From: Octopus vulgaris
Lineage: Eukaryota
DNA length: 64,000 nucleotides
Direction: 5' to 3'
Assembly: GCA_951406725.2 (NCBI GenBank)
Contig: OX597824.1
Coordinates: 74,834,001-74,898,000 of the forward strand
Shown: positions 1 through 14,466 of the stretch, in pieces
Numbering within the stretch: the first letter of the stretch is position 1
Layout: each line of letters starts with the position of its first letter
Program-made: the position numbers and the translations under genes
The notes under the pieces: generated by a model
Told to the model about the DNA's origin: nothing
What the model saw: the letters and a program-made list of their open reading frames with translations, nothing else
Databases searched by the model: none

Positions 1-587
1 CATACACGCACACACACATATACATATACACGACGGGCTTCTTCCAATTTCCGTCTATCAATTCCACTCACAAGGCTTTGGTCGGCCCGAGGCTATAGTA
101 GAAGACACTTACCCAAGGTGCCACACAGTAGACCATGTAGTTGGTAAGCCACTCCTGAGCCTATATATATATATACTTTCTTATACTCTTTACTCTTTTA
201 CTTGTTTCAGTCATTTGACTGCGGCCATGCTGGAGCACCGCCTTTAGTCGAGCAAATCGACCCCGGGACTTATTCTTTGTAAGCCCAGTACTTATTCTAG
301 CGGTCTCTTTTGCCGAACCGCTAAGTTACGGGGACGTAAACACACCAGCATCGGTTGTCAAGCAATGCTAGGGGGACAAACACAGACACACAAACACACA
401 CACACATACATATATACATATATACGACAGGCTTCTTTCAGTTTCTGTCTACCAAATCCACTCACAAGGCATTGGTCGGCCCGGGGCTATAGCAGAAGAT
501 ACTTGCCCAAGGTGCCACACAGTGGGACTGAACCCGGGACCATGTAGCTGGTAAGCAGTTACTTACCACACAGCCACTCCTGAGCCT
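1..587 (-). mobile_element. Two tandem copies of tRNA-derived SINE family A (1-162 partial; ~186-587 near full length)
   Basis: Minus-strand head AGGCTCAGGAGTGGCTGTGTGGTAAG...CCCGGGTTCAGTCCC (A/B-box-like), internal (TG)/(TA) tract and tail GGCGGTGCTCCAGCATGGCCGCAGTCAAATGACTGAAACAAG, all recurring many times in the window. Confidence 0.85.
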
Positions 588-757
588 ATATATATATATA
601 TATATATATATACTTTCTTTCTTATATATACTTTCTTATTGAATCTGGAAAAGTATCACAAGATGATCACAAAAAATTGCTACTCAGCGTTTCATGTTCC
701 TGTTCGCCGGACGGCTGTGATTGAGAATGGGACAAGAATTAAGGTTATATGTATAAA

Positions 758-1056
758 CTAGCAGTATCGCCCGGCGTTGCTCGGGTTTGTAAGGGAAATA
801 ACTATATAAGCATTTTTAGAGAGTTACTTCCCTTATATAATAGCAAAAAAATGCATCAAAAGTGGGAAAAAATTATGGTAAATTGTTTTTAAAATCGTAG
901 ACTCCTCGTAGACGCACGCTAATACCCAGGAGGGCTCGATATGAATCACGACTATAAGATACCCGCTTTTGGTTAAACTGCACCGCAAAATGTGGGAGTA
1001 GTTAGGAATCTAAATCGTAGGAGACAGACACACAACTTCACTTTTATATATAAAGA
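758..1056 (-). mobile_element. Non-autonomous Helitron (299 bp)
   Basis: Minus strand starts TC(TTTATATATAAAAG) and ends CTAG; GC hairpin CCCGAGCAACGCCGGG (770-785) lies 8 nt before CTAG; inserted between A and T with no TSD; 3' end shared with 56784-57154. Confidence 0.8.
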
Positions 1057-1310
1057 TATATTATACGATTTACATTGATAGATACACATTTGAATTTGGT
1101 TTCATTCCCTTGGTCATTTCAACTAACGATTTTTTAAGGAACAGTGATATAAATAATAATATTAAAAATTAAAAGGCTTAAATATCTTATTGTGTAAAAT
1201 CGAAGAAAATCTTAAATCAAAAATAAATTTTAGTTTTGAAGGAAAATATATATATGCCAAGAATAAATCAATTAATGGTAAAATAAGTTTAATTAATATA
1301 AATGTGAGTC

Positions 1311-1715
1311 TAAGGCAGCGAGCTGGCAGAAACGTTAGCACGCCGGGCGAAATGCCTGGCGGTATTTCGTCTGCCGTTACGCTCTGAGTTCAAATTCCGC
1401 CGAGGTCGACTTCGCCTTTCATCCTTTCGGGGTCGATAAATTAAATGCCAGTTGCGCACTGGGGTCGATATAATCGACCTAATCCGTTTGTCTGTCCTTG
1501 TTTGTCCCCTCTGTGCTTAGCCCCTTGTGGGTAGTAAAGAAACAGGTATTTCGTCTGCCGCTACGTTCTGAGTTCAAATTCTGCCGAGGTCGACTTTGCC
1601 TTTCATCCTTTCGGGGTCGATTAAATAAGTACCAGTTACGCACTGGGGTCGATATAATCGACTTAATCCGTTTGTCTGTCCTTGTTTGTCCCCTCTGGTC
1701 GACTTTGCCTTTCAT
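1311..1715 (+). mobile_element. SINE family B, multimeric
   Basis: Head AAGGCAGCGAGCTGGCAGAAACGTTAGC, B-box GAGTTCAAATTC and core GGTCGACTTTGCCTTTCATCCTTTCGGGGTCGAT repeated. Confidence 0.85.
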
Positions 1716-2740
1716 ATAATATTGAGATCTGGGGACTGTGATGGCCAGATAAGATGTTCAACTTCACAAGAATGTTCCTCGTGCCATTCAGTAACAACTT
1801 TAGCTGTGTGAATTGGTGCATTATCATCCTGAAAGATTGCTTTTCCCCCCAGAAACAGTTTCGCAAACATAGGATGAATTCGATGAGATAAAATGCTTAA
1901 ATAGTCTTCTCTATTACTTCTGACATGAAGGGTTTCAAAGATATAGCGCCCCAAATCATCACAGATCCTCCTACATGTTTTACAGTTTGAAGAAGGTAGT
2001 CTGGGTCAAATGCTTCTTTTGGCTGTCTCCACACGGTGATTGAAAATAAAGTAAAGGATGACTCGTGAGAGAAAATAACATTCTTCCCTTTCTCTGGGAC
2101 CAATTCTGTAGGTTTTTTCTCCACTCTAAACGTTTTCCAACGTTTGTTTTTGAAAGTAGTTGTTTTTCTGATTGCAGCCCTCAAGGTGAAATCCGGCTTC
2201 GTGCAGCGCCCGGCGAACTACTTTTGTGGAAAGTGGGTTCTCGAGGTGGTCATTAAGCTCTGCAGTAATTTTGGGAGCAGTACTTTTGTGATCCTTTCTA
2301 ACAATTCGCGTAAGAGTCCGACGGTCCCTATCTGAAACTTTTGGTTTTCTTACGGAGTTTTGTTTCGACGAGAAGGTTTTACCCTCTTTTGACGAGGAAG
2401 TTTTTCCCTCTTTCTCAAAGGCTGTCATTACTTTCGAGACAGTACTTCTCGATACACAAAACATTTCCGCTGTTTTTGTTACGCTTGCGCCTGCCATAGA
2501 AGCGAGAACAATTTGAACTCTTTGAAAGTCCGATAGATCTGTCATGTTACTGAATTTTAATTACCTTTTTCTGATGATATCTGAAAAGAAACAGCAATTT
2601 TAGCAAAACATATTAAGCAACGCTAATAACAAAAAGAAAAAAAAGAACTCTAAAATAAACAGGCTTTTGGCGGTTTTATAAATATTTCAAAATTATGATG
2701 CTATGATGCTAGGTGTTTCCACTATTTTGTCCAACCCCTG
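1716..2740 (-). mobile_element. Tc1-like transposon (DD36E type), 3'-truncated, frameshifted transposase
   Basis: ORFs MTDLSDFQRVQIV..., VIFSHESSF, FQDDNAPIH...SPDLNII; TIR 2713-2740 followed by TA; homologous to 37759-39027. Confidence 0.9.
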
Positions 2741-3005
2741 TACATATACTCACTTAGAGGAAATACACACATATACATTATAATATAGTTAATACACATA
2801 CATATATTATATGGGAATAAAAGTTCTTTGTAGTGGACAGTGAAATTCATTAATGATAGAAAAAAAAAAAAAGGAAGCTACTGAAATTTTCTCAAGAAAA
2901 CTAAAAATAATACTGTTAAACTCTTTTCATTTTGTTTATTTTTCTTATGTTGCTGTGTTTCACAGGTAAGCTATAGTTAGCATGATTGACACTCCGACGC
3001 CAGAC

Positions 3006-3041
<36 letters not shown>

Positions 3042-3099
3042 AATGGATTTAAGCTGTGACATATTTCTTCGGGAAAATGCTTTTTTTTTATATATGCAA

Positions 3100-3385
3100 C
3101 GACACGGACCGCGCTGTGTGTTGTGATTCTTGAGCAAGACACTTTATTTCACGTTGCTCCAGTTCACACAGCTGTAGAAATGAGTTGTGACATCACTTGT
3201 GCCAAGCTGTATCAGCCTTTGCCTTTCCCTTGGATAACATCAGTGGTGTGGAGAGGGGAGGATGGTACTTATGGGCGATTGCTGGTCTTCCGTAAAATAA
3301 CCTTGGCCAGAATTGTATCTCGGAGGGGAACTTTCTAGGTGCAATCTCATGGTCATTGATAACCGAAGAGGGGGTCTTTACCCAT
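3100..3385 (+). mobile_element. SINE family C-related variant, 5'-truncated
   Basis: TTCTTGAGCAAGACACTTTATTTCACGTTGCTCCAGTTCAC block shared with 63078-63322 and 40216-40330. Confidence 0.6.
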
Positions 3386-3683
3386 TACATTTACTGTGAA
3401 AAATTAAAAGGGAATATAAAAGGAGAAAGGGGCTCTCTACCCCCCTTTTGACCAGTCTCCCGTAGCTTTTATGGGGTTTTCCATGAGTAACCTTTCGAAG
3501 CGCCTCCCCCCTATTGGGAGTTTTAATTGTTACTTATTTTTCGTTGTCATCCTGCTTTTGTACACGGACTTTTTCAAACGGACAAAACCCTTTGTAACTT
3601 TTGTCCCTTTATGTTTTAATTGATTTTTGTTAGCCCTTGTGGCCAATAAACAAACGAATTTACTCACACACGCACGCGCACGC

Positions 3684-3741
<58 letters not shown>

Positions 3742-3774
3742 ATGCACAAATACGCACACAGATATACACATACA

Positions 3775-4350
3775 GTGTTTGAGAAGTATTCGAGGATGTA
3801 TTTGATAATTTAATATAACTATTCTTATCGTGCAGAACCAAATGTATTTTAATAGAAATTTATGAACATGCTCTCGATAAGCTTTCTTAAGGGATCATTT
3901 AAAATTTCCGACTTTGGAGGTCACAAGTTGTGTGTTACATAATCGTAAAGATTGTGTAACACCCGTTCTTGGGTTACGTGGGCCTTTTGAGAAGGTGCCG
4001 AGTCTTGCTGAAACACGTATATCATTCCACTGCGCACTTCATACATCTAGGGCCTAACAATTGTCTCCAGCACATAAATGTATTCAGCAGCATTAACGTT
4101 AAAAGTCTGTGGAAAGATGCGAGTTGCCATGACACGGTTTTCTTTACCCACCTCTCCTGAAAACCATCACAGTTGCTGGAACCTTAGTGTGCATCATTCT
4201 AACGACACCAGAAGGATCTGCTCGTAACTATCTGTCATGTCTGCTTTTAAACGTTTGGTCCTAGTCGAAGTTTTTCTTACCAGAGAAGAACCAAAGCATT
4301 CCATGTTCGCGAATGTGTTTCACCTTGTTAAATAACTGCTTGACATGTTT
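3775..4350 (-). mobile_element. Decayed maT/DD37D-like Tc1/mariner transposase fragment
   Basis: Minus-strand translation MHTKVPATVMVF...NVNAAEYIYVLETIV...YVFQQDSAPSQKA; terminus at 3775 resembles 55781. Confidence 0.7.
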
Positions 4351-4996
4351 CTAATTTTTTTTACCCGTGTCTTGAAATATATGATGTGTCTAATTTATTT
4401 ATCCACATAATTGCCTCTATACCCGTTCAACTTGATCTCTCTATAACCTTTCTTTATCTTTGGGAATGATCCCCTGTAAAGTCATCGAAGTCTAAGTTTG
4501 AATCTTTTGAGAACAACTAAGTGTCTTCTATACCGAGAATCCCTGGATCTTATTTGTGAACTATACACCCTTTGCTCGGCTCAGCGCAACATATAGGTAA
4601 CTCATCGATAAACAATTTCGAGGCACATCTACAAAGAATATTCCAATCCCACTTAGGGATCTCTACAGGGAACTCTTACCACAGAGAACAAACGACTTCA
4701 TCACTCGACTTATAACACCTTTATTCCACCCCTTCAATTTCCTTTGTCATTTGTATGCTGGGTATGTTGGACTTATTAATATACATATCTATGTAGTTAC
4801 ACTTAAAAATTCATCATCTGGTAGTTTGCACCTTTTGCTTTCTCTCGTTTTGCATGCATACATACATCCATATTTTGTATTTCATACCCAAACTAAAACA
4901 TTTAAAATATTTAATATATTTGATGTATCGAATTTGTTTATCTGCAAAATTGTGTCTCTCTCTCCTTTCATATATATATATATATATATATATACA

Positions 4997-5760
4997 TAAT
5001 GGGCCAAGAACGCAAACCATCCAGACAGTTAGGTGATACAAAAAATGGACAACAAAACATCCAGATAGACGATACAAAGAAAACAAGGACGGGTCATTCG
5101 GAGTTTTCTTTCCTCGGTCGAGTTTCAGATTACCTTTGCAATTTCGGCTGGTTATACTCGAGATTGCTCCAATCTGGCCAGCCCCAAAGAAAAACTAAGC
5201 TAAAAGCATTAGATTCCTTGGAAAAAGCAGCGAATGTATACGAAAACAAGAACGGGAAAAAAAACGGAGAATGCTACACAAATACAAATAACAGGACATA
5301 ACAACAGGTGTCTTTCGACTAAGGACGAATTAAATTAAGCTGGCGTGTGTGGAAGTAAAGCCTTACGGCAGGGAGACAGAGGAAATAAGGAGGGGCAAGA
5401 AAAATGACAGAGACACAGTGAAGTGAAAAGAGGAGGGAAAGTGAGCATGAAGACAAAGCAAGGAAATATGAGAGAGGGGAAACGAAAGAACGAAAAGTGG
5501 AATGAATGAAGTAAGCATGAAATGGCTGATAGAAAGAAGGAAAGAATAAAAAAAATAGAAAGAATAGAGTCGTGCAAAATTTTATATATATATATATATA
5601 TATATATGCGCAACCATGTAACCACACACGTACTTTTTTGGACTATTCCTTTCCTTCTCTCTGCATCTTCCTTCTTTCCTCTTTCTGACGAAAAGTTATG
5701 CTCGAAACGTCACACCACTTTTTCCATCTTAAACTGAGCGTCACCCTGATGCATTCTCTA
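4997..5760. mobile_element. Short (TA)n-flanked interspersed inserts, probably Penelope-derived
   Basis: Bounded by (TA)n tracts; hammerhead-like motif CTGACGA...GCTCGAAACGTC at 5685-5711. Confidence 0.4.
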
Positions 5761-5968
5761 TGCACGTGTCCTTTTGACTTTTGTTGTTTGGGTTTATATT
5801 TCTGCTTATATTTTTGATTTGCCTATGCACACACATGTTCATACATACATACATACATACATACATACATACATACATACATACATACATACATACATAC
5901 ATACATACACACATACATACATACATGAGTACATACATGCATACATACATACATTCATACATACATAG

Positions 5969-6322
5969 TGGCACTCCGTCGGTTACGATGACGAGTGTTC
6001 CAGTTGATCCGATCAACGGAACAGCCTGCTCGTGAAATTAACGGGAAAGTGGCTGAGCACTCCACAGACACGTTTACCCTTAACGTAGTTCTCGGGGGAG
6101 ATTCAGCATGACACAGAGTTTGACAAGGCTGGCCTTTTGAAATACAGGTACAACAGAAACAGGAAGAAAGAGTAAGAGAAATTTGTGGTGAAAGAGTACA
6201 GCAGGGTTCACCCCCCACTGCCGGAACCTCGTGGAGGTTTGGGTGTTTTCGCTCAATAATCGAAACCGCGATTCTAAGACCGCGAGTCCGCTGCCCTAAT
6301 CACTGGGTCATTGTGCCTCCAC
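5969..6322 (-). mobile_element. SINE family C embedded in (CATA)n
   Basis: Head GGAGGCACAATGACCCAGTGATTAGGGCAGCGGACTCGCGG...GGTTTCGATT; colinear with 37112-37494. Confidence 0.85.
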
Positions 6323-6376
6323 ATACATACATACATACATACATACATACATACATACATACATACATACATACAT

Positions 6377-6603
6377 GATGGTTGCCCCCTCGTTATCGAG
6401 TATGGCCATTGCACGAAGCTTAACTGTTATTGGTGCTGTGATCGAATGTGACTATCTAGCCCAGCTAAAGATCTACAATGTCTTGTACAGAATTGGCAGC
6501 TAAAACCTTTACCGGCAATAGCCGGCTGTAGTTGTAACTGGGCTCCATGTACCTTTGCATGTCGTTTAAGTCCTCCTGCCGAATTACACTCTCTTCCACA
6601 TGT
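6377..6603 (-). mobile_element. 5'-truncated RTE LINE 3' end with intact last C2H2 finger
   Basis: Matches ~45540-45750; encodes CQFCTRHCRSLAGLDSHIRSQH*. Confidence 0.85.
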
Positions 6604-7595
6604 AGAAGCGTTTCATAAATTTTTGTTGATCAAATAATTGCATTGTTGAATTATTCTTTTAGATCAGTATTTCTCAACGGGGATTCGTTTTTATATCTTG
6701 ATTTTTTATTTTTCATGCAATTTATGCATGCTTACATGCGTGGTGAACACAGTTCACGTCAAACAGCTGACTGAGTAAAGTTCACTATTCAATGCATGGG
6801 ATAAGGCCTAAACAAACACATCGATTTTTGCACTTGCGAGATGAATTTCGGAACAGAAATAGCGCAATTCAATTTTCATTCGCCTAAACTTTAAGTGACC
6901 CATTTTTTGTGGTTCTACGATTTGTTGGCTAGGAGGAGATGTGCCGGGAGGTTAAACACACAGACACACACACACAGATACACACAGAGACACACAAGTT
7001 GAGCTTTATATATATAGATTAACGTTGCTTCTATAAATGTTTCTTAACATTTTAGAATAAAATAAAATCTTTTAGCGTGTGATAATCTTGTACAAACGAG
7101 GCACTAAACAAATGCAACATGAAACTTCTCATCCGGTGTTGCAGGTATTGCATCATTTATGCAACAAATCTCTGACTGGCTGTAGCTGACCCGGATTTCT
7201 AAACCGTCGTTTTGTAGGACAAGGTTGCATATATTCAAAGCTAAACAACTGTATTAAAATGATCTTTTGGCCATCTTAAAAGAAGCAGGTTCATGTGTTT
7301 GTGTCTGTGCATGTGTGTATGTGTGTGTGATGTTTGTGCTTGTCGTGTGTGTGTGTGTGTATATGCATGTGTGTATGCACGCACGTGTGTGTGTGTGATT
7401 CTTTTCGTATGTATTAACGTATGTATTTTTTTAGTTTTGTCTGTCCTCAACAATGCAACGTATTCATGCTACAAGGAATGTAAAAATTCCACTGTTTTGA
7501 GAGTTTCAGGCTTCGAGAAAGTGCTGTCATACATTCTAGGCAAAGAGTCCGCCAGAAAGATGTATACACACTTCAGTAAAGAAAAAAATATGTAT

Positions 7596-7758
7596 AGACG
7601 TAGGAGTGGCTGTGTGGTAAGTAGCTTGCTTACGAACCGCATAGTTCCGGATTCAGTCCCAGTGCGTTGCACCATGGGCAAGTGTCTTCTACTATAGCCT
7701 CGGGCCGACTAAAGCCTTGTGAGTGGATTTGGTAGAGGGAAACTGAAAGAAGCCCGTC

Positions 7759-7795
<37 letters not shown>

Positions 7796-7851
7796 TATAT
7801 ATATGTGTGTGTGTATATATATGTATATATATGTATATGTATATAATTATG

Positions 7852-7902
<51 letters not shown>

Positions 7903-7933
7903 TTATGTGTGTGTGACTTTGTTTTGCCCGTCG

Positions 7934-7967
<34 letters not shown>

Positions 7968-8085
7968 TGTTTGTATGTATGTATGTATGTATGTGTGTGT
8001 ATATGTTTGTGTGTCTGTGTTTGTCCCCACCAACATCGCTTGACAACTGATGCTTGTGTGTTTACATCCTCGTAACTTAGCGGTA
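7596..8085 (+). mobile_element. SINE family A with expanded internal microsatellites
   Basis: Head AGACGTAGGAGTGGCTGTGTGGTAAG; internal (TA)/(TG)/(TATG) tracts. Confidence 0.8.
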
Positions 8086-8837
8086 GAAGGATCCATTCGA
8101 AAAATACATGGCAGCTTCCGGCCAATGAACGTACAGCCTGCAATAAGCCGTCTCCTTGTACTGGGGGGAGTAGGATTGGTGAGTAAAGGATGCGTGTCTC
8201 AAGACCATGAAGCGGTCCAGGAGGGAAATAGAATTTGAATTTTACTATTATAAAAGATATGCACACAGCCGGAAGAACCTGAAAAACCAGACTCATGAAC
8301 ATTGTGGGATCTGGGAATTGCAATGTTAACGAAGAATTATTCTATGCTCACGTTACGAAAATGGCAAAAACATGCAAACAGGGCATGGATCCTGGAAAAC
8401 ATTTGTTCTCTGTCGCCTTGGTTGTTGCTCTCTACTCTGACCATCATATCGTGGACTTGCCTGTCGTAGATGACAGTTGAAGTTTCTACGATCTCTTTAC
8501 TGAACAACCAGCACAGATAATTCGTTTACTGTGATCAAATATTTGTGTTGCACATTAGCTCATTCTCTTTATCAAATCGAGGTTACTAGTGTAGATGCAC
8601 GGCGTGCCACACGCCAGGCGTCGTTGTGATCGCAGAGCAGCGTTAGATGAAATGTTTTACTCAAGATCCCAACACAACCGAGTGGTCCGGGAATCGAAAC
8701 CATGGTCTCACTATCGTGAGTACAATATCCTAACCACTATACCACACTCTTCTACATATGATTACCATATATTTTAGGTATACAAATGCAACTAGAGTGA
8801 AGATGTAGGATCTAGCAACAAAAAGAATTATAGACAC

Positions 8838-9157
8838 AGGCGCGGCTGTGTAGACGCAGGCGTGGCTGTGTAGACGCAGGCGTGGCTGTGTAGGCACAGG
8901 CGTGGCTGTGTAGACGCAGGTGTGGCTGTGTGGGCGCAGGCGCGGCTGTGTAGGCGCAGGCATAGCTGTGTCGGCGCAAGCATAGCTGTGTAGGCACAGG
9001 CGTGGCTGTGTAGGCGCAGGCGTGGCTGTATAGGCGCAGGCGTTGCTGTATAGGCATAGGTGTGGTTGTGTAGACACAGCAATAGCTGTGTAGGCGCAGG
9101 CGTGGCTGTGTAGTTGCAGGCGCAGGAGTGGCAGTGTAGGCGCAGGCGTAGCTGTGT
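8838..9157 (+). repeat. 20-bp minisatellite (~16 units) built from the SINE A 5' end
   Basis: Unit ~AGGCGCAGGCGTGGCTGTGT runs directly into the SINE head at ~9138. Confidence 0.85.
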
Positions 9158-9640
9158 GGTAAGAAGCTTGCTTCCCAACATGATTCCGGGTTCAATCCCA
9201 CTGCGTGGCACCTTGTACAAGTGTCTTCTACTATAGTCTCGGGCCGACCAAAGCAAATGAGTGACTTTGGTAGACGGAAACTGAAAGAAGCCGTCGTATA
9301 TATATACATACATATATATATGTGTGTGAATGTGTGTGAATGTGTGTGTGTGTGTATGTGTGTGTGTGTGCCTGTGCGTGTGTGTATATGTGTGTGTACG
9401 TATGTGTGTATCTTTGTGTGTGTTTGTCTCTGTTCCCTCATCACTGCTTGACAACCGGTGTTGGCGTGTTTACGTCTACGTTACTTAGCGGTTCGGTAAA
9501 GAGAACGATAGAATAAGTACAGTACAGTAGTAGGCTTAAAAATAAATCCTTAGGTCAAATTTTTCGACGAAAACACTTCAAGGCGGTGCTCCATCATGGC
9601 GGTAGTCAAATAACTGAAGCAAGTTGAAGAATAAAAGAAT
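9138..9640 (+). mobile_element. SINE family A, full length
   Basis: Head, internal (TG)n and tail AAGGCGGTGCTCCATCATGGC...AATAAAAGAAT. Confidence 0.8.
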
Positions 9641-10348
9641 ATTGTTCTATGCAACTGATGAGTTTTGGAAAGAAGTTGAAAGCTTTGCGGTTTTATTCCT
9701 TGGAACGAAGATTGAAATGCTATACAGTCATTTATATCTGGAAAGCCCTGCAGTAATGAATGTCAAAATTCTGGCATTGGAAACTATACAGATTCTTGAA
9801 TAAGTCCTTTGTCCAGTTCCATAAGTTTCACCTTCTCCTTTTAAATTCAGAGCAATGAACTGGAACGATCTGGAATCCAAGGTGCCTTAAAGCATAAGCG
9901 ATTTACAAGGTGTGGTCGTCAGCATTTTCAAATGTAAAATGGGACGGTTATTCTGCGCAATGCCTGAAGATCCTTCGTTGTCACAAGTATGACGCATAAA
10001 GGCAGCTGCATGGAATTTTTCTTCATCCATTTTAATACTGAGTTCTAAGCTGAAACAGACATCACAAGAGAACTTCAGCACGTCTGCAGGCGCCTGACTA
10101 GAAGCAGTAAAATTATATGAATTTCATGTATGCGACCGCACGCATGCGTACACACACACACACACACACACACTCACGTATCAAAAACAAAATGGACGTC
10201 AGCAAAAGCTTCTTTTAAAGTGAAGTATGTATATCTCTTCCCTGGAAATTTATATGGAAAATAAACACTTGAATTCGACAGAAAAACATTTACACAAACA
10301 CCAAACACCGCATTCATCCATATTCATATATATACATACATACATACC

Positions 10349-10422
<74 letters not shown>

Positions 10423-10749
10423 CATACATATATATATATATATGTACATACATACGTGCATGCATACATGCATGCATACATACATAAATTCATACGTACG
10501 TACGTACATGTTAGTTTAATAATGTCTAAAGCTTTTAAACTATTTCGCAAATGCTCCATAATTCCGTAATGGGTCTTATATGCTTTTATCTCTAATCCAT
10601 TATTTTCATGTTTCTTTTCCTCTCTCTCTTCCCCTTTCCCTCCTTTCGCCATTTTCCTTCTCATCTCTCACGTTTACTTTATACACGTTTACTTTATACC
10701 TGCTCTCTCTCTCTCTCTTTTGCATCCTCCAGCTTCCCCTTTGTGGCTT

Positions 10750-10750
<1 letters not shown>

Positions 10751-10822
<72 letters not shown>

Positions 10823-10823
10823 G

Positions 10824-10879
<56 letters not shown>

Positions 10880-10880
10880 C

Positions 10881-10929
<49 letters not shown>

Positions 10930-10938
10930 CATCTATCC

Positions 10939-11035
<97 letters not shown>
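10751..11035 (+). repeat. (ATCT)n microsatellite
   Basis: Direct inspection; similar arrays at ~12842-12920 and (GATA)n ~23985-24132. Confidence 0.95.
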
Positions 11036-11036
<1 letters not shown>

Positions 11037-11739
11037 TGTGCTATTACTGTTTCTCTTTTTGTTCGTTTTTACGTCATGGAATTTTCCACTCGATCACCAC
11101 CACTCTTATACAACAAACCTGATAATGAGATAAGCGGCCAGCGCAGCTGTGAGATTGAGTGATTAGTTGATATCACCCCCTCCTCTCTTTCGCTCTCTCT
11201 TCCTGTCTATCTCTCTCTCTCTGTCGACTTCGTTCCTGCGCTTTACTTACCTCTCGACCAATTCTGTACCCCTCCATTTCAATTCTTTCTACACCTTTCC
11301 TCTAACTACTCCCATTATTCCTTTTCATGTTTCTTCTCATTCTCGCACATCTCTCTACCTTTACTATCCCTTGCCTACATTCCTGTCTCGCCCTCTCATC
11401 TTACTCTGTCTATTTGTCTGTCTACCCCCCACCACCACCACCTTCGCTCTCTTTCCTCTTTCTCTCTATTTCTCCTACTCTCTCCCATTCTTCTTCTTCT
11501 TTCCCTAGCTTACTGACGGCCATCTTATCGTCGTATTCGCTCTTTATCGCTCACAACGTTGCTTCCATAAGCTTTTCGTTTTTATTTCGTTTGCCATCCT
11601 TTATCTTGGCATTGTGGCGAGAAATTTCTGACTCATGACCAAGTTAAGAGTTTGTTTGGCAGCTGAAGTTTATGATTAATTTGCCTTTTATGGCATTAAC
11701 TAAAGTGAACTCGCAACGATAAATACATGTGCGTACGTA

Positions 11740-11829
<90 letters not shown>

Positions 11830-11985
11830 TGTTTGCATGTATGTTTGTATGTATGTTTGTATGTATGTATATATATATACATATATATATAAATATATGT
11901 ATCTATGTATACATATACATACATATATACGCACACCCATGTATGTTTGTATGCGCTTTTGTCATCTCTTTTCTGATATACATAC

Positions 11986-12042
<57 letters not shown>

Positions 12043-12163
12043 CATACATACTCGTACACACACATACACACACATGTATGTTTCTTTACAGATAGACAGG
12101 CAAACAGACAGGTAGGTTGGTAGGTAGGTTGATAGGTAGGTAGGTAGGTAGGTATATATTTGT

Positions 12164-12214
<51 letters not shown>

Positions 12215-12840
12215 CGTGCGTAATGAATTGAAAACAAAGGCGCTTGCGGGTAAAGTCAATTCACATCTGTGTTTCTTCTGCTGTTAAGGCATTTTGCTTT
12301 CCATTTGGTAACTTGTTAAAAGTGGCTCAGTCAGCCATTTAGAGTTTTTCTTCTAGTGCTGAACTTGCAAGCCAAACACACGTTAGCTTGATGTGTGCAA
12401 AAAAGACAATGGAAGGTGGAGAGACAAAATGAGTTTATAAATCCAAACGAAAGCTTAAGGAAATTTAACAAAAGTTAGTTGGCTGCTTTTATGGTTTTAT
12501 AGACTGTTAATGCCAGCAAGCAGCTACAGTAAAAGATTACGAAAGCACAGCAATTTGTTTGCATTTATTAAATATACCTCATTTCACACAAACCATACTT
12601 CGCTGCAACACACATGATCGTCAACACGCTGACGTTACAGAAATAATGCAGTTACGGTCATATTGTTTTCTTTAAATGATTATTCTCTTTCGTGAGAGAA
12701 GACATATGGAGTTTGTTCGTTCGTCGTGTTTTGTTGAATTCCGTCAGCTATCGTTCGTTTGAGTTATGAATTAAGAGTTGTAATGTGTATGACGCTTTGC
12801 TCATGTTATAAGCAGCATGAACACTCACATGCATATTGCA

Positions 12841-12922
<82 letters not shown>

Positions 12923-12934
12923 GTCTATATATGT

Positions 12935-12989
<55 letters not shown>

Positions 12990-13236
12990 AATAATATATA
13001 AATATATGCATATATACATATATATACTTACCTACATATATATATATATATACATGCATATATGGGTACAGAACATAACAAAAAAAAAACGTTGAACACA
13101 ACGAGAAATGAAAATATAAAAACAAAAACATAGAAACGAACTTTTTTTTTCAAACAATGAAAAAAAAACAGAGTACAAGACATACAACATAAGGAATATT
13201 CCCCTTCTTCAGTTGTCCCTGTTTCATCTACTCCGC

Positions 13237-13327
<91 letters not shown>

Positions 13328-14387
13328 GAGGAATTACTATTTTTATCGATATATATATATATATATATATAGGGAGAGTTTACGGAAAAAAAACAAAAGA
13401 CGAAGACGGGTGATGTACAAAACAAATAGGTGTATTAGTATAACGCTCAGGAAATTGAAAAAGTCTTTTACGTTTCGAGCCTACGCTCGTCTACGGAAAG
13501 GGACACAGAAAAAACAAGGAGAGGAACAAGGAGAGAAAAAAAATATATATGCACATGTTTGTGTGTCTGTGTTTGTCGTCCCCCACCATCGTGTGAAAAC
13601 CGATATTGGTGTGTTTTAGCAGCAAATCACATCGTTTGTTTCTGCACCAGGCACCGCCTTTAAGTTGTTGAGTTTACATTTATGTATCATTATATAAGAT
13701 TATTCTTTAGAAATACTATATAATTAAACATTTTTCAGCAACAGCTGTGTGCCTGCGCTCCCTCGGGTGAAATGCGATAAAAGATACTCAAAGAAATACG
13801 ACAACGCTTAATTGCATTCCATCTGAAGGAGTACCTACACTCAGCTCTTGCCGGAAAAAAACTCGAAGAAATTGGACAGCGCTTGCTCAATTTTCCTTTG
13901 CTTACACATAGTTGTTGCTGAAAAATAATTATGTAGTATTTCTAATCTGATATAATTTTATAATAATTCTGCTTGTTATTGCGTTACTTAGCCCGTCCGC
14001 AACGCTTTCACGTGATTACAGAAAAAGAGGGAGAGACAAGCGTCCATGATATGTGGTAGAAGGAATGTAATTGTAACGTCTTCACGTGATAGGTTGAAGG
14101 GAAAGAGGAGAGGAATAAAAAGGAGAGAGAAAAAGAGGATAAGTCGAAGAGTGAGACAGAAAGAGGGAGAAAGAAAAGAGAGAACGAGAGAAAAAGACGG
14201 AGAGAGAAAAAGAGAGATGGAAAAGCATTGATGACGTGAACTAGGGAGAATGTAATAATATTAGCAGAGGGGTGATGTTCTGATGCTGAGGTTAAAGATA
14301 AACAGCACATGACCTTGCAGGTGGGGCCCAGTTAGAATTTTTTTTCTAGTCGAGTAACCCATCCCGCTCAAAAGGTCCTTGAATAAG

Positions 14388-14466
<79 letters not shown>

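Noticed and set aside
8838-9157. Regular 20-bp repeats suggesting a CRISPR array
   Set aside because: No spacers, no cas genes, eukaryotic context; the unit equals the SINE head
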